64,000 bases of DNA, taken from positions 248,001-312,000 of the forward strand of contig JABVCE010000035.1 of NCBI GenBank assembly GCA_014905635.1. The letters are read 5' to 3'. This document shows positions 48,173-60,640 of this stretch, piece after piece. How positions within the stretch are numbered: position 1 is the first letter of the stretch; each line of letters begins with the position of its first letter. A program made the translations under genes and the position numbers. The notes beneath the pieces are model-generated. The model saw nothing but the letters and a program-made list of their open reading frames with translations. It made no database searches and had not been told where the DNA came from. Source of the DNA: Scenedesmus sp. PABB004 (lineage: Eukaryota).

Positions 48173-49853
48173 ATGTCGGACGGGCTCTCGCGCATCGAGC
48201 TCAAGGCCGCGGCCTATGGCGCCCGCTACGCCCAAGAGGATGGCGAGGAGCGTGGGCTGCTGCGCACCGCGCCCGACCCCGCGGCCGCGCAGGCGCGCCG
48301 CGCGCCGCCGCGCGCCGCCGCGCGCGCCGCCGCGCGCCGCGGCCGCCGGCACCCCGCCGGCCGCGCCGACCCGCGCGCCGCCCCGCCGCAGCTGGAGGAC
48401 GGTGACGGCGGCGCCGTGCCGTCGTCGTACGACAGCGGCGACCTGCTGCCCGTGATGATTGAGAATGGCCTCGACAAGATCGGCGTGCTGTGCGTGCCGG
48501 TGCACCGCTCGCTGCGCGCGCCGCACGCGCCGGCCGCTGCGCCCCTGCCGGGCCCGGCCGCGCGAGGGCGCTCGCCAGCGCTGCCGAGGAGCTGAGCCTG
48601 CTCCCGCCGCGCGGCGCCCTGAACCCCGCAGGCGGCACATCAACCGGGTGCTCGACAACACCGGCCAGATCCGCAGCGAGCTCTTCCGCTGCCTCGTTGC
48701 CGAGTTCATGGGCACGCTGCTCTTCCAGATCTTCGGCGGCGCCGCGCCGCCCAAGGACACGACCGCGCCCGCCGCCAATGGCTTTGCGCTCGTCTGCATC
48801 GGTGCGTGGCGCCGCGCGCCGCGCGCCGCGCGGCGGCCGCCGCTGCCGCCGCGCCGGCGCCGGCTGACCGACCCGCACGTGCCCACCGCGGGGCCGGCGG
48901 GCGCGCGCAGTGTACGCGTTTGCCAACATCAGCGGCGCGCACCTCAACCCGGCGGTGTCGTTTGCGCTCATGTGCACGGGGCACATGAAGTGGTGGAGGG
49001 GCCTGCTCTACATGACCATGCAGGCGCGTGCGGGGCGCGTGCGCACACGCGCGGCCGCCGCGGCAGACGGCCCCGCGCGCGGCCGCCGGTCAGCGTGCGG
49101 TCAGCGCCCGCGTGGCCCCACGCCGCCGCCTGCGCGCCGCGCCACACACCGCGCCGCGCGCCGCGCTGCAGGTGCTGGGGTCCATCATTGGCTCGCTCAT
49201 CTACGCCGGCCTCATCCCCGGCCTGCGCGTCGGCGCGACCTACACGACCGGCATCACCGCGCCGGGCTGCTTCGGGCCCGGCCCCGACGTGCGCGCCGCG
49301 GCGCCGCGGCGCCTCGCCGCGGACCGCCGCTGCGCACCGTCGCATGCGACGCTCGACCGCCGCGCCGCGCCTGCGCGCAGGTGACCAACGCGGAGCTGTT
49401 CTGGTGGGAGGTGCTCATGACCTTCCTGCTCGTCGTGACGGTCTACGCCGCCGCGGTGTCCAAGCCGGGGCACGGCAACACCGCGCCGCTCGCGATCGGC
49501 CTCGCCCTCTACGCCGCCGCGCTCACCGGTGCGGCGGCGCCGCGCCGGCCGTGGGCGGTGGCGGGGGCCGGGCCGCGCGGCAGGGCTGCACGGGCGAGCC
49601 GCCGCGCCGCGCACGCGCAGGCGGGCCGTACACCGGCGCGTCGCTCAACCCCGCACGCACGATCGGGCCGTCGGTCGTGTTTGCCTGCAACGTCGGCATC
49701 TCCTTCTGCTACATCTTCGCCGAGTTCTTTGGCGGCGCGCTCGCCGCGGGGCTGGCCATCTTCCTGTACGGCCGCGCGCCGGTCGGTCGCGCCGCGCCGG
49801 CCGGCCGCGGCGCCGGCGGCGCCGGCGGCGCCGCGGCGGCGGCGGCCTGCTAG
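48173..49853 (+). CDS. Aquaporin / major intrinsic protein; about 7 exons
   Basis: FRCLVAEFMGTLLF; ANISGAHLNPAVSF; WEVLMTFLLVVTV; APLAIGLAL; YTGASLNPARTIGP. Two NPA boxes and six TM helices. Confidence 0.96.
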
Positions 49854-50258
49854 GCGGCGCGAGGAGCGGTCCCAGAGGGTGTGTGGGACGCCAGCGACGA
49901 GGGGTCAGGGTGGAGGGCAGCGTGCGGGCGCGGCGAGGGCGGGTGCGCGAGCGCGGGCGGGCGGGGGCCGAGCGCGCGGCGACGGCAGAGGCGGCGGCGG
50001 CGGGCGCCCGTTGATCGGTCTCTCGGCACACCTGCGCGCTATGCGCAGCTCTGATAGATGAGCGGCGGCGGCGGCGGCAGGGGTCACCGCCGCGCGGGCT
50101 GACCGCAGCAGCAGCGGCGCGCGGCGTGACGCGAGTGACTCTGGTCGCCGCGACTCGTCGCACGGTGCCGCGCCGTCCCCGCCGGACATTCATCAGTCCG
50201 CCGGGCAGTCGCGCCCGTACGTGGCCCCTCGCGGCGATCTGCCGACGACCCTCGCGGC

Positions 50259-52259
50259 ATGGCGCCCACGCCGCGCGCGGGGCTGGGCCTGCTGGCCCTC
50301 GCCAGCGTGCTCCAGGTGCCTACAGCTGCTCCGCGCGACTGCGCCCGGCGGCGCGGCGCCTGCGCCGCCCTGCAGCGTCCACGGCAGCGACCACCGCTGC
50401 TGCCGCGCTGCTGCTCTCACGCTGCCGCCGCGGCCGCCGCAGCTGGCCGCCGCGGCTGCTCTCACGCTGCCGCCGCCGCCGCCGCAGCTGGCCGCCGCGG
50501 CGCCGCCCGTGAGCCAGGTGCTCCGTGACAACGGCTTCAGCCTGTGGCTGCGCCTGATGGAGCCGGTGGGCTTCCTGCCCGACGAGCACATCCCGGCGGG
50601 CCTGCCGGTGACGCTGCTGGCGCCGACCGACAAGGTGCGGTGTGGGCGCGGCGGCGGCTGCTCCTCAGCGGCAGCGGCGGCCGCGGGCACGTCACCCCGT
50701 GCCCACTGCGCCGCGCCGCGCCGCGCCGCGCGCGGCGCGTCGCCAGGCCGTGACCGAGTTTGCGCGTGCGATGTCGCTGAGCGTCGACGAGCTCGCGCGC
50801 ACGCCCGCGCTCGTGGACACGCTGCTGTCCTACTCGCTGCTCCCCGGCGCCGCGCTCACCGGCAGCAAGCTCGCGGCCGGCGGGCCGCCGCGCCTCGCGC
50901 GCAGCGCCAACCCCGCGTTCTCGGTCGAGCTCTTCCGCGCGCCGGGCGGCGGGCTCGCCGCGACGGACGTGCAGGGCAACGTCGCGGCGCTGAGCGGCGG
51001 CTGGGACGCCGCCGACCGCGTGCGCGTCTACGGCGCGAGCCGCGTGCTGCTCAACGGCGAGAGCCCCGCGCCGCCGCGCGCGCTGCCGCCCCGCGCCGCT
51101 GCACACGCCCGCGCCGCCCGTCACTCGCCCGCACCCGCCCCACACCCGCACCGCCGCCGCCGCGCAGGCGACGTGTTCACCAGCCCCGCCGCCTTCCTGA
51201 CCTTTTACCCCCGCTTCAGCGCCCTCGCGGCGCTCACCAAGCGCGTGGGCCTGTGGCCCACGCTGCAGCGGAGTGACCTCGACCGCACGCTCTTTGCGCC
51301 GAGCAACGCCGCGCTGCGCGCCGACGGCGGCGCGGCGGCCGCGGCCGAGGCGGGCGGCCTGAGCGCGCTGCTGCGCTACCACGTCGTGCAGGTGCGCCGC
51401 GGCGGCGGGGGCCTTCACGGCGCGCGCGCGGCGCGCCCCGGCGCGCGGAGGAGCGCTGCGCGCCGCGCGGGGGTGCCCACGAGCGCCCCCCGCCGCGCCG
51501 CGCCGCAGGGCTCCCGCCGCGTGCCGTACGGCTTCAAGGCCGGCGTGGCCGTGCCGACGCTGCTCGCGGGCAACACGCTCTCGCTGCGCTACGGCACCAA
51601 GCGCGTCGCCGTCGCGGGGACCAACGGCTCCCTCGTGCTCACGACCGCCGACGTCGTGCCGGAGGCGGGCTCGCCCGGCAAGCCGGCGCGCATCGTGATG
51701 GCCAACGTCTTCGCCGGCCGGGTGAGAGGCCTAGGGCCGCGCCGCGCCGCGCCGCGCCGCGCGCCGCACCCCGCCGCGCCGGCGCGCCGCCGACCGCCGG
51801 CCGCCCCGCCCTGCCGCCGGCCGCCGCCGTGGCCGCGCGCTGCCGCCGCAGGCGACCATCCACGGCATTGACCGCGTGCTGCTCCCGCGGCCCCAGGCCG
51901 GCCGCCGCCTGCTCTGGCGCGGCGGCTTTGCGCGCTACGGCGGCGGCGGCGGCTTCGCGGGCGGCTTTGACGGCCGCTGGCGCGGCGGTGCGGACGCGTT
52001 CCGCGCCCCCGCCTACTGGACCACGCACGACCCCAACTCGCGCTGGGGGCTGCAGTACGCGGCCGCGCGCGCGGCGGCGGCGGGCGCGGGCTACGGCGAG
52101 TCGTGGGGCGCGTGGGGGCCGCGCATCCCCGCGCCGATCGGCGTGCCCGTGCCCGCCGTGGCCGACGCCGGGGACTACAACACCTACGACACCAACTACG
52201 ACGCGCCCGGGGAGCTCAAGTCGCTCGAGACCGAGGACAACGGCTGCTACAACTGCTGA
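50259..52259 (+). CDS. Secreted protein with two fasciclin (FAS1) domains and a C-terminal extension after an RRLL motif; about 6 exons
   Basis: Signal peptide MAPTPRAGLGLLALASVLQLAAA. FAS1 motifs VTLLAPTDKA..LLSYSLLP..VYGASRVLL and RTLFAPSNAA..LLRYHVV..TIHGIDRVLLP. Then GRRLLW and a Gly/aromatic-rich tail ending GCYNC*. Confidence 0.88.
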
Positions 52260-52439
52260 CCGCCAGGGCGGTGCTCGCATCGGTGGGCGCCGCTGCGGCG
52301 GGCTCGGGAGAGCCCGCGGAACCGCCGCGGCAGCCGGTTACAACGGCTGCGGTTCCGGGTGGTTGTGATGCAACAAAATGCGCGCGCGCCGCGGCGAGGG
52401 GCTGCAGTGTTTCAGCAGCGTCGGCGGCGCCGCGCGGGC

Positions 52440-53374
52440 CTAGAACCAGGCCCACCAGATGAGCCCGATCGTCAGCAGCACGGTCGCGACCTGCGCGCCG
52501 CCGCGGCGCAGGCGTCAACAGGGTCAGCAGGGGCCGCTCTGCCGCCCTGCTGCGCCGCCCTGCCGCTGCTCTGCCGCGCCGCCGCTGCTCTGCTGCGCCG
52601 CGCCGCGCCGCCGCGCCGCCGCACCATGCCGCCGACCGCGATGTACGCGTCGGTGCGGTGCCGGCGCTCAATCATCTTGAGCACGCTCTCGCCCAGGCCG
52701 ACGCTGTTTATGACGTCCAGCACCTTGGTCTGCGCCGCCTTGATGCGCTCCCGGTTGGCCGACATGCCGGCGAGTATGCTCGTGCCCTGCTCGCGCCGCG
52801 CCGCGGGGCGCGCGGTCACCGGCGCGGCGGTCGAGTGGCGCCGCGGCCGGGCGCCTGGGCGGCCGCCGCCGCCGGCGCCGCCGCGCGAGCGCCGCGCGCC
52901 TGCTCAAACATCTCCCCGAGGTAACGGCGGCTGCGGCCGATGTGCCCCGCGACCGCGGCCTCCTCGTCCATCTCGTCCTTGACGCGCCGCCCCGCCTCGG
53001 CGCGCGCGAGCAGCTCGTCGCGGTCCGCCGCCTCGCGCTGGCGCAGCGCCTGGCGGCCGCCGAAGCGCTCGAGCGAGGTGCGCAGGAAGTCAGCCTCCTC
53101 CGACACCTGCTCCACCTTCCTGCGCGGCGGTCGTCGCGGCGGACGACGCCTCCGCAACCGGGGGCCGCGTCGCCGCCGCCGCCGCTGCCGCTAGCTGCTG
53201 CGGGGCCCCCGCGTGCGCCGCGCACGCGCCTCTTCCAGACGTCGTGCTTGGCCGTCTGCTGCCGCACCAGCGCCATGCGCCAGCTGCCGTCCAGCTCTCT
53301 GCTGGTCCGCTGCGGGCGGCGGGGAGGGGGGCGGGGGGGCGGGGGAGGCTGGGGCCAGCGCGCGCCTCGCCGCC

Positions 53375-53410
<36 letters not shown>

Positions 53411-53718
53411 GCAACCGCAGCAACCGCCGCCGCGCGGTCGCGCCGCTGCCGCGCCTGCAGCTCCGCCAGCTTCTGCTGCAGGTCCCGCGCCAGCATTGAA
53501 GGGTCCCCGGGTCGCAGGCCATGCTGCGGGCCGCCGGCGGCGCCCGGCGGGTGGGTGCAGCGGCCGGTGCTCGCCGCTCGCTGCTGCCGCGCCGCGCCGC
53601 GCCGCCACCGCGCCCACGCCGCCCGGCCCACCTCTGCCGCTTCCAGGCGCTCCAGGCCCTCCCTCAGCGAGAGTATCAGGCGCGTGGACTGCGCGTGCAG
53701 GCGCGGGAGGTCCGTCAT
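52440..53718 (-). CDS. Membrin / GOSR2 / Bos1 Qb-SNARE; 6 exons
   Basis: LREGLERLE..; VWKRKVEQVSEEADFLRTSLERF..RDELLARA; GTSILAGMSANRERIKAAQTKVLDVINSVGLGESVLKMIERRHRTD; C-terminal TM anchor VATVLLTIGLIWWAWF*. Minus-strand TGTAA at 52342-52338. Confidence 0.93.
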
Positions 53719-54024
53719 GCCGGCCCGGCCCTCTCGCGCGCGCAGGTCGAGGCAGGGGAGGGCCGGCTGCAATGCGGGGCGCGACGGGCGCAACGCCACG
53801 CATCGACAGCGGCCGCCTGCGCGCCAGGGCTTAAACTTTGACCGCTCAGCTGTCGGCGCCGCTTCCGCAGCTGCCGCCGCGCGTGCGGCCGCCCAGACCG
53901 CCCCGCCGCAGGCAGGCAGCATCGCGACGGCCGCCATGCACGCACCCGGCGGCTGAGCCGGGCGCCCTGTTGCGCGGTCGGCGCCGGCGCACGACAACGT
54001 CGCGCCGCGCGCCGCCGCCGGGCC

Positions 54025-56294
54025 ATGGAGGGCTGCTCTCCCGGCGGCCGCCGGGAGCGCGGTTTCGCGGCCGCCGCGCGCGCCGCCAAGCTGGCCGCGC
54101 TGGCCGCGCAGCAGCGCGGCGGCGCCGGCAGCGGCGGCGGCGGCGCCGGCGGCGCGAGCCCCCGCGCGCGCGGCGGCGGCGGCGGCGGCGGCGGCCGCGC
54201 GCCGCCCGGTGTCGCTGTCGGCGGCGCTCGCGGCGGCGCCGCAGCACGCCGACGGCTACAAGGTCGCGGCGGTCGAGCGCCGGCTCACCGCGCTCGATGA
54301 GCTGCCGGAGCGCCTGCGGTCAGCGGAGGTCGTGTACCTCAGCAAGAATTCCCTGGCCAGCCTCGACGGCGTGCAGCAGTTTGCGCGCCTGCGCGTGCTG
54401 TCGGCGGCCGACAACCTGCTGCGCGACTTTGACGGCGCGCTGCAGGCGCGCACGCGGGGGCGGGGACCGCCGCGCGCTGGCCGCAGCGCCCTGCCGCGGC
54501 GGCGCGGTGCACGGCGTGCGCTGCGCGCTGCACGCTGCGTGCTGAACGGGCACCCGCCAACCACCGCCCGCGGCCGACTGACCGCCACGGCCGACCACCG
54601 ACCGCCGCGGCCGCGCCGCGCAGCCGCTCGTGGAGGGCTGCCCGCGCCTGCAGGTCGTGAGCTTTGAGCGCAACCCGGTCACCGCGCTGCCCAACTATCG
54701 TGCCCGCGTCATCGCCGCGCTGCCGGGGCTGCAGATGCTCGACGGCGAGGGCGTGTCCGCGTCCGACCGGCGCGCCGCCGCGGCGGCGCTGCAGCAGGAG
54801 GGCGCCGCGATGGCGTGCATGCTGACCAACGCGTGCATGGCCCACAAGCTCGCGCGCGCCGCGGAGCTGCTGCAGCTCCACAGCGAGCTGCGCGCCGCGC
54901 TGTTCGGCGCGCGCGCCGCGGCGCGGGGCCTGCTGCCCGCGCGCATTCCGCTCGACATCATCAAGCTGCTCCGCATGTGGGACTACGAGGGCGGCCTGAG
55001 CCCGGCGGTGAGCGGCGGCTGCGACGACGTACACGCACGCGCTCGAGCGCCGCCGCGCGCGGTTTGCAGTGCCGCCACGCCGCGCCCGCCGCCCGCCGCG
55101 GCGCAGGAGCGGCGCGCGATCAGCGGCGCGCTGACGCGTGAGGTCGTGCGCGTGCACCGCCGGCTGGCGGCGGCCGCGTCGCAGCTGCGCGGCGCCGCGC
55201 AGCTGCCCGCGCTGGAGTCGTGGGGCGCCGCGTTCTCGCAGGTGGGGCACGCCGGCCGCAGCGGCGGCGGGCCAGCCGCAGCCACGCGCACGCCGCCGGG
55301 GCTGACGCACGCACGCCGCGCCGCCGCCGCGCCGGTGCGCGCGCCGCCGCGCAGGTCATGCTGGCGCAGCAGCGCACGGTGGTGCAGCTGGTGGAGCTGG
55401 TCAGTGGCCTCAACGAGGAGGCGGCGCGCGTCATCGCCACGCTCACCGGCCAGCCCCCGCAGCAGCGCGGCGCGGCGGCGGCCGCGGACGCGGCAGACGA
55501 GGCGGAGCAGCAGCTCGCGGCGGAGCGGTGAGCCGCACGCCGGCCGGCCGCGCGCTCGCGCCCCGCCACGCACGGCTGGCTGTACCAACGGCCGCCCCGC
55601 CGCCGTTGCTGCCGCCGCCGCTGCCCTCACTGCACAGTGAGGCGCTGATCATCGATCTGCGGGATGCGGCGCTGGAGCTCGCGGGCGTGCTGACCGCGCC
55701 CAGCGGCAGCGCGGCGCAGCAGCTGGCGGCCGCGGGCGGCGACGGCGCGCTGACCAGCACCTGCAGCCAGCCGTGCACGCCGCAGCGGACGGCGGCCGCG
55801 GGGGAGCAGACTGCTGCTGCTGCGCCCGAGCCTGAGCAGCAGGCGCCGTCGCCGGCAGCATCACCGGCCAGGTCGCCCGCACAGCGGCTGCCAGGGCCGG
55901 ACGGCCTGCGGCTGCGGCCGGCCCGCAGCAGGACCCCAGGCGGCGGCGCGGCAGCAGCGGCCGCGCAGCCGCGCCAGCTGCCGGCACCGCCCGCCTGGCA
56001 GCGGCAGGAGGAGCAGGCTCAGGAGCAGGGCAGACCCTGCAGCTCGGGCTCGCCCCAGCCGCGCCCGCTCAGCCCCACGGCGCGGCGGCTGCTCCGGGGC
56101 GCCGCGGCTGCGCAGCGAGAGCAGCTGGAGCGGGAGCTGGAGCTGGAGCCGGAGCCCCGGCCTCCCTACTATGCAGCAGCTGGCGCGCAGGCAGGCAGCG
56201 AGGGCGGTGCCAGCTGGGAGCTGCCCGAGGGATGCGGCTGGCCCGAGCAGCGCTGGTCGGAGACAGAGGAGGAGCAGCCGCCGCCGCCGCCGCC

Positions 56295-56378
<84 letters not shown>

Positions 56379-56750
56379 CCCGCAGCAGGCCCAGGGCACG
56401 GCGCCGCCGCCGGCGCCGCCGCAGCCGGCCTCGCCCCGTGCGCCGTCCGGCGGCGCGGCAGCGGCTGGCGCGCAGGGCTCCCGTGGTGGCGGCGCGGAGC
56501 CGGGCGCGCAGGCGGCGACCGACGCGGAGCGCGAGCTGGACGTCGCGACCATGGTGGCGGCGGCGGAGGCAGCGGTGCGGCAGCTGTTTGCGGTGGAGGG
56601 CGAGCCGCGTGCTGCCGTGCCGTCCAGCCCGAGCCCGCCGCTGCTGCAGGGCCCGCCCGAGCTGAGCTTTGCGCTCAGCGGCTCGGCGGCCTCCTCGCCC
56701 GACTGCGATCGGGCGCCGGCAGCGGCTGGGGTGCTGGGGCAGACGGCGGC

Positions 56751-56801
<51 letters not shown>

Positions 56802-59800
56802 GCACGTGCTGTGGGCGCTGCTGCAGGCGGACGGCTCGGTGGACACGCCGCTGTCGACGGCCGGCAGCAGGCGGGACGGGCCCGCCGTGGAGAGCGCAGG
56901 GCCAGGCAGCCCCAGGAGCGGGCTGCCCGGGGAGCCGTGGCCCTCGCCCGGGAGTGCGCACGTGCCGCGTGGCTCCCCCGGAGGCGGTGTGTCCGGCGCG
57001 ACGCCGGCGGCCACGCCGGCGCTGGCCACGTTTGGCGGCAGCCCCGCCGGCGCGCAGTCTAGCCGGCTTGACGGCGCCGACGTCAGCCCGGTGCGGCAGC
57101 GGCTGTTCGAGCCTGCTGCAGCTCCGCCATCGCCACTCAGCGCCGCGGCTGAGGCGGCGGCTGCGCAGCAGCAGCAGCCCCCGGCGTCACCGAGGGCAAC
57201 AGCCAGGGGCGTGACTCTGGAGGACTGGGCGCAGCCGGCGGGCGCGGCGCCGGTGCAGACGCCGAGCAGCGCCGCGTCGCGGAGGGCTGCGGCGCAGGGC
57301 GATGCCCCCGTGCGCTCTGGCAGCACCGTTGGCGCAGGGGCGGGGGGCGTGCTGGCCGCCGCTGTGGCGGCGGCGGCGGCGGCCTCGCCCAAAGGCGCGG
57401 GCGCTGCGGCGGCCGCGGCGGTGCTGGCTGCCAGCCGGGCGGGCTCGGCCCCCGCCAGCCCGCGCGGCGGCGTTCGGCCGCCCTCGCCCCTGGCGGCGCA
57501 GGCGGCCGCGGGGGGCGGCCACTTGGCGGCGGCCGCGGCGCCGAGCGAGAGGGTGCTGGCCGCGCTGCAGGGACAGCTGGTGGCGATGGCGGTTGACAAG
57601 GTGGTGCTGGAGAAGGAGCTGGAGGTTGGCCGGGTGCAGCTGGACGCGCTGCAGGTCCAGGCTGCAGCGGGCGAGGAGCTCGGCACGGCGCTGCAGCTGC
57701 TGCAGACGGAGCTGGCGGCCACGCAGGCGCGGCTGGCGGAGGCGGGCGCGTGCGCGGCTGACCACGCGGCGCGCAGCGAGCAGCTGCAGGCCCAGCTGGC
57801 CGCGCACGACGCGGAGCAGGGGCAGCTGGCGGCAGCGGCAGTGCACGCCCGCCAAGCGCTGGGCCGCCGCATGCTGCGCCTGTTCCGTGAAGCTGCGCAG
57901 CAGGCGGCGGCAGCGCAGAGTGCCGCTGCCGCAGCGCACGCGCACTGGCAGCAGCACGCACGGCGGCGCGCGCTGCACGGCTGGTCGGGGGCGGTCGCCG
58001 CGTCGCGGCGCGTTCAGGTGCTGCAGCTGCAGTGTCGGCGCCGCCAACTGCGCCGGGGGCTGCAGGCGTGGGTCGACGCCGCGCGGCTGCGCTGCGAGGC
58101 GGCCGCGCAGGCCCGCGCCGCCGACGCGCGTTGGAGGGGCCGCGGGCGCCGGCGCGTGCTCGCGCGCTGGCGCTTCTTTGCCCAGCAGTCGGCGCAGCTG
58201 GGCGTGGACCCGCCGTCGCCGCAGACTTCGGGCGGGAGCTCGGATGCCGAGCTCGGCGCGGGCACGGAGGGCGGTGGCCTCAACCTCGCTGGCGGCAGCG
58301 GCAGCGCTCGCAGCGGTGGCAGCGGCGGCGCCAGCTCTGACGTGCACCTGACTGCGCTGGCAGGCCCCTGCCTGAGCGAGCCCAGCCCTCCGCCGGCGCG
58401 GCCGGGCGCAGCTGCGCGCGCGAGCTCGCGCCGCGGTCAGGCGTCCGACAGCCTGGCGCGCGGTGCGCCGGCCGCCGAGGGGCCCCACGTGCCGCTGGCG
58501 CTGCAGCTGGGCTTCGTGGCGGCCGCCAGGGCACAGCGCCTGCGGCGGCGCTGCCTGCTGGCCAAGGCGTGGCGACGCTGGCGGCAGCTGCTGCACGTGC
58601 GCGCGGCCGACGAGCGCAGGCTGGCGAGCGCAGGCAGGCTCTGCGAGCGGCGCCGCCAGCGGCGCGCATGGGCGAGCTGGCGCGCGTTCGTCCAGCGCCG
58701 GCGCGACAAGCGCGCACACGGGGGCAGCGGCGAGCACGGCCAGGCGCGTCTGGTGGCGCAGCACCTGCGACTGCGGCGGCGCGCGCTGCTGAGCCGGTCG
58801 CTGCACGCATGGTGCCTGCTGGCGCGGCGGGCCGCCGCCGCGCGCGCCGCTGGCGAGGCCTACGCGGCGCAGCGGCGGATGCAGCTGGCGCGCCGCGCGC
58901 TACGGGCGCTGCAGCGGCACGCAAGCGCGGCAGCGTGCAAGCGGGGCGCGCTGCTGCGTGCCGCCCGCTTCTTCTCCGCCCAGCGGCTCCGGCGCTACTG
59001 GGCGGCGTGGCAGGCCAGCGTGGCGGAGACGCGCGCGGGCGCGGCGGCGTGCGTGCAGGCATCGCAGCAGCTGGCTGGACGCGCGGTGCTGCGCTGGCGA
59101 GCGGTTTCGGCCGCCGCCACGGTCGCGGCGTGCCGGGAGCGCAGGCTGCAGCGACTGGCGGCGCGCCGGGAGCTCGGCTTGGCGACTCGCGCGCTGGCCA
59201 CATGGCGCTGCGCTGCGCTGCAGGCGGCCAGGGCGGCAGCGGCGGGCGCGCCGCAGCAGCTGGCACCGCCGCAGCAGGTGCCGCAGCAGCAGCAGGCCGG
59301 CGTGCAGCCTGCGCAGGAGACCGCCGACCTGCGCGAGGCGCTCGCGGCGGCGCAGCAGCAGTCGGCGGAGGCGCTGGCCGGCAAGGCGCTGCTTGAGGAG
59401 GTGCTGTCGCAGCAGACGGAGGCGCTGCACCAGCAGGCGGCGGCGCAGCAGGTGGCAGCGGTGGCGGCGGCGGCGGCCGCCGCGCAGCAGGAGGCCGCGG
59501 CCGCGGCCGCGGCGGAGCAGCTCGCGCAGGCGACCGCCGCGGCCGACGAAGCGGCGCAGCAGCTGGCACAGCTGCAGGCGGCGCGGGCGGGGGACGTGCG
59601 GGACGCGGCGCTGGCGTGGCAGGCGGCGGACGCAGCGCTCGAGGCGGAGCGGCGGGCGCTCGCGCGCGCAGAGGAGCGCGAGCGCGAGGCCGTGGCGGCG
59701 CTGGCGGCCTGCAAGGCGCAGGCCAAGGAGCTGGCGGGCCAGCTGCGGCGCTGCAGCGAGGCGCTCACGCAGCACGTGGACGCGGGCGCGGCGCTGCGCG

Positions 59801-60557
59801 ACGAGCTCGCCGCGGCGCAGCGCGAGCTCGCCGCGGCGCGGCGCGGCGCGCTCGAGCAGCACCAGGGCGCCGCGCAGCGCGCGGCCGCGGCCGACAGCGC
59901 GCGGCTGCGCGCGCAGCAGGCGCTGCACGCGGAGCGCGCCGCGGGCCTGCAGCTGCAGTCCCGCCTGGCGGCGGCGCAGCGCGAGCTGGCGGAGCGGGCG
60001 GCGGCGGCGCGCGAGGCCGAGGACGCGCGGCGCGCCGAGGTGAGCGGCCTGGCCGAGCAGCTCGCCTGCCGCGACGCGGAGCTCGTGGCGCTGCAGGCGC
60101 AGCTGGCCAGCCAGGCGGCCAAGGTGCGGGAGGGCTGGAGCCAGGCCCGTGCGGTGATCAAGGCGCAGCGGCGGACCATCCGGCGGCTCGGCGGCGACGG
60201 CGACGCGGCGGGCGGCGGCGCAGCCGCGGCCGGGGCGAGCCGTGGGGCGATGCGCGGAGCTGCCCCATCACCAGCTGGGTGCGTGATGCCTGGGGCAGCG
60301 CCGGCGGCGTGGACGAGGCGCCAGCCGCCGCCGCCGCCACCGCGTGGCCAGCGGGCGACTGCCCCGCGGGCTGCGGCGACGAGGCCGCGCGGCGCGGCGA
60401 CCAGCGCAAGGCTGCTGCCGCGGCTGCGGCTGCGCCCGCCACGGAGCAGAAGCAGCCGGGGCGCGCGGCGGGGAGCGATATGCTGCTGACTGATGCGGCG
60501 GCGCTGCTGCGCTGCTCTGATGACGTGCTGCGTGGCGTGCTGGGCCGCGTCGACTGA
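54025..60557 (+). CDS. Large protein with N-terminal SDS22/LC1-type LRRs, Sfi1-like Trp repeats and a C-terminal coiled coil (centrosome/basal-body candidate)
   Basis: [63 protein letters not shown] (LRR plus LRRcap). Repeats [61 protein letters not shown]. Long Ala/Glu/Gln coiled coil. Start and end uncertain because of apparent frameshifts near 54205 and 60230. Confidence 0.7.
56296..56376 (+). repeat. (CAG)n coding repeat, polyglutamine
   Basis: Uninterrupted CAG run of about 27 units in the large exon of the LRR-Sfi1 gene. Confidence 0.95.
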
Positions 60558-60640
60558 GCGAGAGCTGCGGGCGCGGCTCCGCCTGTGACTCCAAACACAG
60601 CGCGCGGCCGGGCCGTCCGTCACACTGCTGGGCAGCTCGC

